IMG/VR virus record: IMGVR_UViG_3300017653_000009
Location: 1-27,357 of that record
DNA length: 27,357 nt
Strand: one strand, 5' to 3'
Source of the DNA: a virus
Taxonomy: Duplodnaviria; Caudoviricetes
Below, in pieces: positions 1-7,345 of this stretch. The translations under genes were made by a program, and so were the position numbers. The notes beneath the pieces were generated by a model. The model was not told where the DNA came from, made no database searches, and was given only the letters and a program-made list of their open reading frames with translations. Every line of letters starts with the position of its first letter. The stretch's first letter is position 1.

Positions 1-2
1 AT

Positions 3-869
3 TTTGAGCTTTGTGGGGTAGGAAAGACCAACATAACAAAAGAGTTGAACTATCTTGTCGGCAGCAGGGTGCTCCTATGGGATAAACACCTCAATGCTTT
101 TGAAGTGAATAAAGACTATGAGAAATGGCAAGTCAGCCCGGTTGCAGGCTGGAACGATGACATCTTCAATAAACTCATTAGCGATAATTTGGATCGCAGT
201 AGAGCGATAATCGACAAAGTGAGTTATCAAAATGATAACCGACAAAGGGAAAAGCCTCCTCCAAAAATCACAGTCAGTTATCAAAACGATAACATGTCAG
301 TTATTAAAACGATAACCGGACGGTTATTAAAACGAGAACTGCAAGGGCTTAAAAAGCCTTATGTAGCAAGGGTTCGCAGGCTCCCTAAAGACAATAGTAA
401 AGACATTATTAAAAACAATACTGTTATTACTATTCCCGCGGATGATAGCGAAGAATGGTACCCGCCAATACAGCCAATTGGAGAAAAGGAAGCAGCCTAT
501 CAAAAGCTTGAAAGTGCGTATTGCACACTTCACTGCATCGGGCAATGGCAGCTTAAGTCCAATGACAGTATAGCGATGCAGGCACTTATCGACCTTGCTA
601 TTCCTGTAGAGTTCATAATCAACGTCATGAGGGACATGCACGAAGGAAAGCGAAAACGTGAAGCAAAACGATTCAAGCATCCGTCAACTTTTAATTATTA
701 TTCCAACACGATTGTTACTGTATGGGAAACCAAGAATACGCCTCGGAACGGAGGGCAGACAAATGTTAAAACGCATAGCAGCACCAGCAGATATGCTAGA
801 ACAAATCCAGCGTCGGGTTATGGAACTGCGATCTCAGCAGCCGACGTCGACGACTTTATCATTGCATGA
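3..869 (+). CDS. Phage replication initiator (lambda O-like/replisome organizer), 5'-truncated by the window edge
   Basis: Frame is open from position 3 (FELCGVGKTNITKELNYL...). It contains internal iterons and lies directly upstream of a DnaC-like ATPase. Confidence 0.8.
   Translation, partial: FELCGVGKTNITKELNYLVGSRVLLWDKHLNAFEVNKDYEKWQVSPVAGWNDDIFNKLISDNLDRSRAIIDKVSYQNDNRQREKPPPKITVSYQNDNMSVIKTITGRLLKRELQGLKKPYVARVRRLPKDNSKDIIKNNTVITIPADDSEEWYPPIQPIGEKEAAYQKLESAYCTLHCIGQWQLKSNDSIAMQALIDLAIPVEFIINVMRDMHEGKRKREAKRFKHPSTFNYYSNTIVTVWETKNTPRNGGQTNVKTHSSTSRYARTNPASGYGTAISAADVDDFIIA
223..339. repeat. Four 17-bp palindromic iterons (GTTATYAAAAYGAKAAC), probable phage origin
   Basis: Copies at 223-239, 277-293, 300-316 and 323-339 (last three at 23-bp period), followed by A-rich TAAAGACA-like repeats at about 386-420. 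Confidence 0.85.
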
Positions 870-1668
870 GTGCTCTATCTGTCAAGATACCGGTACGATA
901 AACGTCATCGAGAGGTATGATACAGGCTCTTGTTATTCAGATGGCAGACCAATCATTTCCGAGCGCATCAAGGTAGATCCAGCTACAGGAAGGCCGCCAT
1001 TATGCGATTGCATGAAGGAAAAGGTTTTTGAAAAGTACAACGCAACTGCCGGCATGAAGCCGAATGAGAGGAATCGCTGCTTCGATATGGCCGAGATCGA
1101 CGAAGAGAACCGCCCGAAATTTGACCAGGCACGTAGGTTTGTGGCCCATATCGACGAACATCTTGCGGCTGGTACATGGATGTATATTTTTGGGGACGCT
1201 GAGAGAGCTCGTCCAAGGGGTTTAAGTGAGGTTGGGACTGGTAAGTCATATTTGACTCATTGCATTGGAAATGAGCTGAGTAAGCTCAAGTATCGAGCAA
1301 TCTACATCACGGAGGATAAGCTGTTCGAAGAGATCAAATCAACGTATCAACGCGATTCGGAGGAAAGCGAATCGGATGTGTTGTTCCGCTATCAAAATGT
1401 GCCGATTCTGCTAATAGACGACCTCTTCAAAAGCAAAATTACGGATTGGGCAGAGGACAAGCTTTTCCACTTGCTCAATAATCGCCTAACACCGGGCAAG
1501 GTCACGATAATAAACAGCAATTATGCTCTACATCGTATCGAGCTTATATGTCCTAAGACGGGCCCAGCAATAGCCAGCCGTATACTCGGAAACGCAATTG
1601 GCATCGAGATGATCGGTAGAGATCGGCGCAAGAAGAAAAAGAAGGCGGTGAGCACTAATGCTGGATGA
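763..1668 (+). CDS. DnaC/IstB-like AAA+ helicase loader
   Basis: GGAGGG RBS at 750-755 before ATG 763. N-terminal Cys motifs CSIC and CDC, Walker A GTGKS, Walker B LLIDDL, C-terminal G-DRR. Confidence 0.88.
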   Translation: MLKRIAAPADMLEQIQRRVMELRSQQPTSTTLSLHECSICQDTGTINVIERYDTGSCYSDGRPIISERIKVDPATGRPPLCDCMKEKVFEKYNATAGMKPNERNRCFDMAEIDEENRPKFDQARRFVAHIDEHLAAGTWMYIFGDAERARPRGLSEVGTGKSYLTHCIGNELSKLKYRAIYITEDKLFEEIKSTYQRDSEESESDVLFRYQNVPILLIDDLFKSKITDWAEDKLFHLLNNRLTPGKVTIINSNYALHRIELICPKTGPAIASRILGNAIGIEMIGRDRRKKKKKAVSTNAG

Positions 1669-1777
1669 TTACGAGTTCGATGCTGATGCTGTATGTGCAT
1701 TAATGCGTGATGAGTTGGAATGGGAGCGGCAGGAGCTGCTTAATGATCGATTGGCAGAACTATATGACGAGGAGTGA
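1658..1777 (+). CDS. Small acidic hypothetical protein (39 aa, MLDDYEFDADAV...)
   Basis: AAGGCGGTGA RBS; overlaps the loader stop; fills the gap. Not in the ORF track. Confidence 0.55.
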   Translation: MLDDYEFDADAVCALMRDELEWERQELLNDRLAELYDEE

Positions 1778-1782
1778 TTCAA

Positions 1783-1944
1783 ATGCCCAAACAAGGCAAG
1801 CGACCAACGCTTAAGCAAAGAAAGCTAATTTCATTTTACGGCAAAAACCCGGCACAGTGGCTTGTTGAACGTGATACCAGTAAAGAAATTGTTCTCGTCC
1901 ATCGTGAGACTGGCAGGTTAATCACTTTTCCAAAAGGAGCCTAA
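1783..1944 (+). CDS. Small basic phage protein (53 aa, DUF6906-like)
   Basis: GAGGAGTGA RBS. MPKQGKRPTLKQRKLI...NPAQWLVERDTSKEIVLVHRETG resembles a common Firmicute phage family (recognised by eye). Confidence 0.7.
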   Translation: MPKQGKRPTLKQRKLISFYGKNPAQWLVERDTSKEIVLVHRETGRLITFPKGA

Positions 1945-1945
1945 A

Positions 1946-2218
1946 ATGGCGGTCCACAGATTAAACACTTATATCGCTTGCGAAGAAATGGACTTCTACT
2001 GGAGCGAGAGCGAAGTGATAAAATTTGAGCAATTATGGAACCGGGGCGAATGCATCTTTGAGATAGCAAAACACCTTAAACGAGATCCCGACGAAGTCGC
2101 TCTACTGGTGATTGACCGTTCGCGCGCCCGTGCTATAGAGCCGCGTAAAGGTGGGATATGGGGCAAGGAATATCTGGAACTTAAACGCCTATCAAAACAA
2201 AGGAGAAGTCAGAAATGA
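1946..2218 (+). CDS. Conserved phage protein with HTH-like segment
   Basis: AAGGAG RBS; W-G-IFEIAKHLKRDPDEV helix-turn-helix-like pattern. Confidence 0.75.
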   Translation: MAVHRLNTYIACEEMDFYWSESEVIKFEQLWNRGECIFEIAKHLKRDPDEVALLVIDRSRARAIEPRKGGIWGKEYLELKRLSKQRRSQK

Positions 2219-2490
2219 GCGGATATGAAGCGAAGCATGAACTGATTCAGCGCGTACTGAAAGACTGCTCTCTCAAGATCGATGTTGTAGGGCTAAGCGA
2301 GGACAATCGATTTGTAGGTATGTTCAATGGTCAACTGCATGAGTTTGTTGTATCCCCGTATTGTAATCAAAAATATGATTGGCACAGTGCTTCAGGGAGC
2401 GTAGTAAACCGGGGCCCCATTGAACGGGTACCCGAAGATTATAGATTCGTGGATGAAGTCATCGGCGGGCAGATGGAGTTGATGATATGA
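2215..2490 (+). CDS. Hypothetical phage protein
   Basis: AAGGAG RBS; ATGA overlap with the upstream gene. Confidence 0.7.
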   Translation: MSGYEAKHELIQRVLKDCSLKIDVVGLSEDNRFVGMFNGQLHEFVVSPYCNQKYDWHSASGSVVNRGPIERVPEDYRFVDEVIGGQMELMI

Positions 2491-2651
2491 ACTGGCGATC
2501 CGCAACTTACCTGCAGCTAATGGATATTGCGTACATCGATACAGAGGCGCCAATTGAATGGCGAATTGCTGCAGGAGCCGAATTGAAGCGCAGGGCAAGA
2601 GTGAATCTTCTTCTAGGGGGCAACTTCATTGAGCATTCATCAACTCCATAA
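2487..2651 (+). CDS. Small hypothetical phage protein (54 aa, MNWRSATYLQLMDIAY...)
   Basis: ATGA overlap with the upstream stop and a GGAG RBS. Not in the ORF track. Confidence 0.6.
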   Translation: MNWRSATYLQLMDIAYIDTEAPIEWRIAAGAELKRRARVNLLLGGNFIEHSSTP

Positions 2652-2934
2652 GTACCCTTGCTCTTTTTGCAAAAAGAATGCTGCTACTCAGTTCTGTGAT
2701 TTCGTGATTGACTATGCCTGGACATCTGCAAAGAACGAGAAAAGACAAATGATCGGCAGTCATCACATTACTTGCGATAATCAAATCTGCAAGGGTTGTA
2801 CAACGAATCACGGTGGCTTTGAGTTCTGTCCATCTTGTGAGAAGCTTCACCAGCTAATCAAGGAACAACATGACAGAAGAAAAGGCAGAATGATGCTTGA
2901 TATGGTGTTCGACAGATATGAACAGAAAGAATAA
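2629..2934 (+). CDS. Cys-rich putative zinc-binding protein
   Basis: CSFC, CD..CD, CKGC and CPSC motifs; AGGGGG RBS before TTG. Confidence 0.7.
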   Translation: MSIHQLHKYPCSFCKKNAATQFCDFVIDYAWTSAKNEKRQMIGSHHITCDNQICKGCTTNHGGFEFCPSCEKLHQLIKEQHDRRKGRMMLDMVFDRYEQKE

Positions 2935-2935
2935 A

Positions 2936-2965
2936 CCTCTCCCAATTTTTAGTGTAGGGGAGAGG
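2936..2965. terminator. Stem-loop CCTCTCCC/GGGAGAGG, with a T-rich tail on the minus strand
   Basis: 8-bp inverted repeat just after the stop at 2934; followed by TTTATTCTTT when read on the minus strand. Confidence 0.5.
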
Positions 2966-3069
2966 CCCAAGAAAAAAAGAACGCGTGATGACCATCACAC
3001 CATCACAAAATCATTATAGCATTGAACGTCAAGTATCTGAATGAATATTGAAGAACATGGAGGTGCTAA

Positions 3070-3324
3070 ATGCTTAAGTTAAAAATGCTATCAGAACGAG
3101 CGCAATTCGATGCCCTAAAGAAAGGAGATACAGTGTTTGTCGAATGGCACGTTAGGGCTACTGAACATCGCAAAGGTAAACCATTCACAATTAATAAGAT
3201 TTACGGGATAAACGAGAACGATGAAATCATCTTGAATGCTCGAACAAATTCATATTTTAACATTGAAATGTACCTTGCAAGGAAATCTACAGCAAAAGCA
3301 GCCTATATTATCGAGCAGATTTGA
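3070..3324 (+). CDS. Hypothetical phage protein
   Basis: GGAGGT RBS within motif copy 1; the TGA stop is the first three bases of motif copy 2. Confidence 0.75.
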   Translation: MLKLKMLSERAQFDALKKGDTVFVEWHVRATEHRKGKPFTINKIYGINENDEIILNARTNSYFNIEMYLARKSTAKAAYIIEQI

Positions 3325-3354
3325 ATATTGAGGAACTTAGGAGGGACAAAGAGT

Positions 3355-3585
3355 ATGACAAACCTTGAAGGAATGGCGAATAAATTCACTGTTATCAAGA
3401 ACGAGGATATCGATCGTTTAGCGCCTGGATATGCGGATCTTCTCCAGCTAATTCTCGGTCAAATCGCGCTGGATAGGATGGCGCGGGGAAAAAATACAGC
3501 TCCGTTGTATTTAGTCATCAATACTGACGAGTCTTATGCGGACGATGTGATCGAGATATTAAAGCGTAACGGGCATTGGGGCTGA
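3355..3585 (+). CDS. Hypothetical phage protein
   Basis: AGGAGGG RBS then ATG 3355; the track start at 3328 lies inside the repeat. C-terminus YLVINTDESYADDVIEILKRNGHWG. Confidence 0.78.
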   Translation: MTNLEGMANKFTVIKNEDIDRLAPGYADLLQLILGQIALDRMARGKNTAPLYLVINTDESYADDVIEILKRNGHWG

Positions 3586-3639
3586 CGGACGGGATGAATA
3601 CGGAAGGACATAAGAAAGACGCTCCATAATCGGAACGCC

Positions 3640-3801
3640 TTAGTGATCGTGATAGAAGTCAATTAATTTCCTGGCATCCTGAACGGTGGGAACGAGCTTT
3701 GTACGTTTGGTTCCAAGGTCGGCCCGATAACCGTCTTCGCCATCATACTGCAATATTCGAATATCTCTATAGGTTTCAATATCTTTATAATCGGACATCA
3801 T
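3640..3801 (-). CDS. Small reverse-oriented hypothetical protein (53 aa, MMSDYKDIETYRDIRILQYDGEDGYRADLG...)
   Basis: AGGCGGTGA RBS and an extended -10 (TGATATACT at about 3829-3837) on the minus strand. Not in the ORF track. Confidence 0.65.
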   Translation of the reverse strand: MMSDYKDIETYRDIRILQYDGEDGYRADLGTKRTKLVPTVQDARKLIDFYHDH

Positions 3802-3890
3802 GATCACCGCCTACAGGTATTTATTGGTAGTATATCATGAGCTAATACAGATGAACAGGATGAATATTGAGGAACTTGGGAGGGGAAACA

Positions 3891-4340
3891 ATGCGAGCAA
3901 TAACAATTAGGCAACCGTGGGCGACACTAATCGCACTGGGTGAAAAACGATTTGAGACACGCAGCCGCCGCACTCATATAAGAGGCCCGCTGGCGATACA
4001 TGCCGGCAAGAACGTTGATCGGGAAGCCTGCGAGCGAGAGCCGATAAAATCAACACTAGCAAAGCACGGCTACACAGCGGAAAACCTGCCTACAGGAGCA
4101 ATCATAGCGACTTGTAATTTATCTGATTGTTTGGCGATGGGAGCCGTTGACGGTGATAGAATCTCCCTCGCCGGCAATCGAGTAGGATATTTGGATATAG
4201 AGAGCAACGAGTATCATTTTGGCTGGTATGAGCGTGGCCGCTTTGCGAACGAGTTGACAAACGTTAAGAGGATCAATCCGATCCCAGTGAAGGGGCAACA
4301 GGGATTTTGGTTCTTCAACGGACTGGAGGGCGAGAAATGA
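3891..4340 (+). CDS. ASCH domain protein
   Basis: MRAITIRQPWATLIALGEKRFETRS..RGPLAIHAGK and C-terminal PIPVKGQQGFW are typical ASCH motifs; GGAGGGG RBS. Confidence 0.9.
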   Translation: MRAITIRQPWATLIALGEKRFETRSRRTHIRGPLAIHAGKNVDREACEREPIKSTLAKHGYTAENLPTGAIIATCNLSDCLAMGAVDGDRISLAGNRVGYLDIESNEYHFGWYERGRFANELTNVKRINPIPVKGQQGFWFFNGLEGEK

Positions 4341-4936
4341 ATAACCTACACCAGCAAATAAAAGAAGCGTTGGAGAAGGCAACTCCGGGGCCGTGGAATT
4401 CGATCGGAGATGCTGTTCGTAAGGATTACAGCGCGAATGGATGGGTGTGTCAAATGTTTCAAACTTTTTATGGTCAAAGCACTACATTCGAAAACGATGA
4501 AAACAATGCCCACCTAATAGCCAACGCTCCAACATGGCTCCGGCAGCTACTAGACGAGAATGAACGGCTATCTGAATCGGAACATAGCAAGGCATATTGG
4601 GCGCGCGAAGGGCTTATCAAACACCTGCAGGACGAGCTAGAGAAGGTACAAAATGAGCTGCTAGAATCCGAACGTGACAACGATGAACTTAGAGATGAAC
4701 GCGATGATTTACACGCTAAGCTCATGTGCGCTGAATCTGAATCTCACCGGTTCCGTACCGATCACGCAACTATGAAGGAAGCTCTGACCAAAATATCTGA
4801 AACCTTATACGGAGATGTTATAGATCGAATGAATGAAATGATAAAAATTGCAAATAATGCGCTCTCCACTCTATCTAAGGAGGAACAGCCTATTGAGGAA
4901 CTTGGGGGGAAGCTATATGAGAGGACAGTTAGGTAG
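4337..4936 (+). CDS. Ead/Ea22-like phage protein with coiled coil
   Basis: ALEKATPGPW and NAHLIANAPTWLRQLLDE motifs; GGAGGG RBS; ATGA overlap. Confidence 0.72.
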   Translation: MNNLHQQIKEALEKATPGPWNSIGDAVRKDYSANGWVCQMFQTFYGQSTTFENDENNAHLIANAPTWLRQLLDENERLSESEHSKAYWAREGLIKHLQDELEKVQNELLESERDNDELRDERDDLHAKLMCAESESHRFRTDHATMKEALTKISETLYGDVIDRMNEMIKIANNALSTLSKEEQPIEELGGKLYERTVR

Positions 4937-5174
4937 TAATGAGCAATTGGTCAAAAGCGTTGTCGAGCTTCGGTCTCAAGTAATTACAGATCGAGTAAGA
5001 CGCAGGAAGGAAGAAAAGGAAAAACATGAATTAGAATTCATAGTTAAGGAATTAGAACAAGGATTAACAAAGATCATGAAAGCATTTGCTGGATCAGCAG
5101 CATTTACACAAGGCGCTCAAGCTCATCATATTGCTTATACTACATTGCGCAATGCAGGGAGATTGAATGAATGA
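4917..5174 (+). CDS. Hypothetical phage protein
   Basis: GGGGGG RBS in motif copy 5, ATG 4917. Confidence 0.65.
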   Translation: MRGQLGSNEQLVKSVVELRSQVITDRVRRRKEEKEKHELEFIVKELEQGLTKIMKAFAGSAAFTQGAQAHHIAYTTLRNAGRLNE

Positions 5175-5455
5175 TCTCCGCAAAGGCACTAGTGATAATA
5201 GAAAACGCCTTGATTCCTTTGTTAAGAAGAGAGAAAGAAGTCGGTCATATTGATTTAATTGTTAGTCCAGAATCATTAATTAGCAAGCTGCCTGTAATTA
5301 CTACAAGGTTCGGGCAACTAAAAGTAGTGGTTAGCAATTATGTACCTAAGGGTTATTCATACTTAATAGAAAGATCGCCCTGCAAGGGGAATAAAGGATT
5401 TAACTGGATAACAAAGAAAGGCTTACCGGCATCTGTTGGGGAACGGACCGGATAA
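5171..5455 (+). CDS. Hypothetical phage protein
   Basis: GGGAG RBS; ATGA overlap. Confidence 0.65.
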   Translation: MISAKALVIIENALIPLLRREKEVGHIDLIVSPESLISKLPVITTRFGQLKVVVSNYVPKGYSYLIERSPCKGNKGFNWITKKGLPASVGERTG

Positions 5456-5514
5456 GCCTACGAAACACTCATCTTCTATTATAACAAATAGAGAGGATGA
5501 GGGGAATGTTGGCT

Positions 5515-5874
5515 ATGCAACTAAACTTTTTTGAACCAGCCACAGAGGAAGAGATAAAGCAGGCAAAGTCTCTTTTGACTCGGTATAGAAGGTATAAAGC
5601 GACTATCGTTGAGTTGGAGCAAATTGGGGAACTTGCTCCAAAACAAAAAAAAGCTTACAATGCATATTTAAGCGCGACACAGTCAATTGAGAGAGCAGTA
5701 CGCCTAATCATTGACCAAGAGATAAAACGAGCAATTCAAATGCGGTTTATTGACGGTGCGCGTCGTAAGGATGTAGTCATTCACTATCGTTTTTTAGACC
5801 CATCGACAGTTGATCGTCGCATCAACAAAGGCATTGAATCGATAGCAAATACGTTAAAAGAATTTGAAAGTTAA
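5515..5874 (+). CDS. ArpU/RinA-like late transcription activator (sigma region 4-like HTH)
   Basis: Last early gene before the packaging module; C-terminal IQMRFIDG..STVDRRINKGIESIA HTH. Start could be 5497, 5506 or 5515. Confidence 0.78.
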   Translation: MQLNFFEPATEEEIKQAKSLLTRYRRYKATIVELEQIGELAPKQKKAYNAYLSATQSIERAVRLIIDQEIKRAIQMRFIDGARRKDVVIHYRFLDPSTVDRRINKGIESIANTLKEFES

Positions 5875-5902
5875 AATGCGTGTAAAATGCGGGCAATTCG
5901 CG
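5872..5902 (+). promoter_or_regulatory. Direct repeats TAAAATGCG at 11-bp period; probable activator-binding site of the late promoter
   Basis: TAAAATGCG at 5872 and 5883, degenerate CAATTCGCG at 5894, immediately after the activator gene. Confidence 0.5.
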
Positions 5903-5932
5903 CACATACCGCTAGTAAATAGCCTTAATTAC

Positions 5933-5990
5933 AAAGGTACAGTAGTAGCAAGGAGCTAATAACTCCCAGCTATAACTGTACCTTTTTTAT
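5933..5990 (+). terminator. Terminator/attenuator-like hairpin
   Basis: AAAGGTACAGT (5933-5943) pairs with ACTGTACCTTT (5975-5985); inner GGAG/CTCC pairing; T-tract follows. Confidence 0.6.
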
Positions 5991-6212
5991 TTGCACATTT
6001 GATAATCGAATAGGTCGTGCGAAAAGTCAGTGGACGAAGTAGCTGGGGAAAGTAGGCGCGGTATCCGTAAGGAACTCGGAGGTTCAGATGCCTTGCCCTA
6101 AGAAGCGACTCAAAACAATTCGGAATTATTCAAAACGTCTATTTAGCATGGGCTGTTTGAAGAATATCGAATGAAAGGCGGGATTCAGTTGAGGTTCACA
6201 AGGCGGTTGCCT

Positions 6213-6350
6213 ATGACATTGGATAAAAAGCTCCAGCCGAAAAAATGCCGCGGCTGTATGTGGGGCGAATGGACCGGAACAAGGCAAGTGTGTAAACGAG
6301 TAATTTGTCAAAGGGATATCCCGGTGACTAGCGCTAGGCGCTTCACATAA
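6213..6350 (+). CDS. Small Cys-rich protein (45 aa, MTLDKKLQPKKCRGCMWGEWTGTRQVCKRVIC...)
   Basis: AAGGCGGT RBS; CxxC...CxxxxC pattern. Not in the ORF track. Confidence 0.6.
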   Translation: MTLDKKLQPKKCRGCMWGEWTGTRQVCKRVICQRDIPVTSARRFT

Positions 6351-6523
6351 AGCAAAAAATGCCTCTGACTCAATATGTAGTTTGTAACCTATTAGAGAGG
6401 AGGCGGCCAGCCCTGCAGATCGGTTGGCAGCCGAATAAGAGAGAGGAGGAATCCTTAATCTTTATTAGCACAACTGCAGGGCAAAATCCCAAACACTTGG
6501 TAGTATAAAGGAGGTGAGAGTGG

Positions 6524-7081
6524 TTGAATACAGTACAGCCAATTCGAAAGCCGGAGCTTATCGAAGAAATTAAGCAGTTCCTAAGAGATCGAAGCGAGCG
6601 GGACTACTTTCTTTTTGTTATGGGAATCAACATAGGCCTCCGCATTACGGACATGCTTTACTTCAGGGTTAAAGATGTGAGAGGGAAAACTGAGATTCCG
6701 ATCCGGGAGCGCAAAACGGGGAAAGAGAAAATTATTCCCATCAATGCAACGTTAAGACGTGCGATCGCAGAGTACACAAAAGACATGCAGCCTAATGACT
6801 ATTTATTTCCGAGTCGCCAACGAGACGAGAACAATCTAGTTAAGCCGATCACAAGAGAAAGAGCTTACCAGATCCTCCAGGATGCAGCTGATCACTTTAA
6901 GCTAGAACGAATCGGAACACATAGCATGCGGAAGACTTTTGGCTTTCATTTGTATGAGAAGACAAAGGATATCGCGCTGCTCATGTACATCTTCAATCAT
7001 TCCACCGAATCCATAACCTTGCGTTACATTGGTAAAAATCAGGAGTCTTACAGCAAGGCAATGAGCGGTTTTGGACTGTGA
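6524..7081 (+). CDS. Compact tyrosine recombinase (Xer/phage integrase catalytic domain)
   Basis: Catalytic R (GLRITD), K (ERKTGK), HxxR (HSMRK), H (FNH) and Y (LRYIG) all present; AAGGAGGTGA RBS. Confidence 0.93.
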   Translation: MNTVQPIRKPELIEEIKQFLRDRSERDYFLFVMGINIGLRITDMLYFRVKDVRGKTEIPIRERKTGKEKIIPINATLRRAIAEYTKDMQPNDYLFPSRQRDENNLVKPITRERAYQILQDAADHFKLERIGTHSMRKTFGFHLYEKTKDIALLMYIFNHSTESITLRYIGKNQESYSKAMSGFGL

Positions 7082-7197
7082 CTTTCACATAATGAACGAT
7101 TGTCAAACTCGATTACAATGAGTGGTGAAAAGCCTTGTCAATACTGGCGTTCAGCTGGTGTCATGACATTCACACTTTATAAGATATGTTAAACTCG
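7081..7197. promoter_or_regulatory. Two dif-like imperfect inverted-repeat sites, probable recombinase targets
   Basis: ACTTTCACATA-N7-ATTGTCAAACT (7081-7109) and ACATTCACACT-N8-TATGTTAAACT (7166-7195). The right arms resemble the XerD arm of dif. Confidence 0.6.
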
Positions 7198-7345
7198 TCA
7201 CTTATGCAGATTATACAGTTTCTGAGGAAATAATGTGGGAAATGTTTAGTGAAATAAGCGAGTTTAGCCCAGTAAGATCAAGGGCGAATTAAGAATTTCC
7301 AGTTGTTAAAAAAGTCGATTTCTTTATGCATATCGATGTATAGAG

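Larger units (their letters stand above)
3042..4910 (+). repeat. Dispersed intergenic motif TGAATATTGAGGAACTT(A/G)GGAGG delimiting gene cassettes
   Basis: Copies start at 3042, 3322, 3595 (degenerate), 3861 and 4891 (5'-truncated). Four of them run into the RBS of the next gene. Confidence 0.85.

Noticed and set aside
658-762. Track start of the DnaC-like ORF at 658
   Set aside because: No RBS and a deep overlap with the initiator gene; ATG 763 has a GGAGGG RBS.
3042-4910. CRISPR interpretation of the recurring motif
   Set aside because: Spacing is 266-1030 bp with whole genes between copies, and no cas genes are present.
6035-6100. tRNA gene or pistol ribozyme (GGTTCAGATGCC; GCCCTAAG)
   Set aside because: No acceptor or anticodon stems could be built, and the pistol pseudoknot partner AGGGC is absent. 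Kept only as an unassigned RNA candidate.
6126-6311. 61-aa minus-strand ORF
   Set aside because: No RBS; antisense to a better-supported + strand Cys-rich ORF.
6524-7081. Recombinase as the prophage integrase marking an att boundary
   Set aside because: Too short, lacks an arm-binding domain, and phage genes continue on both sides.
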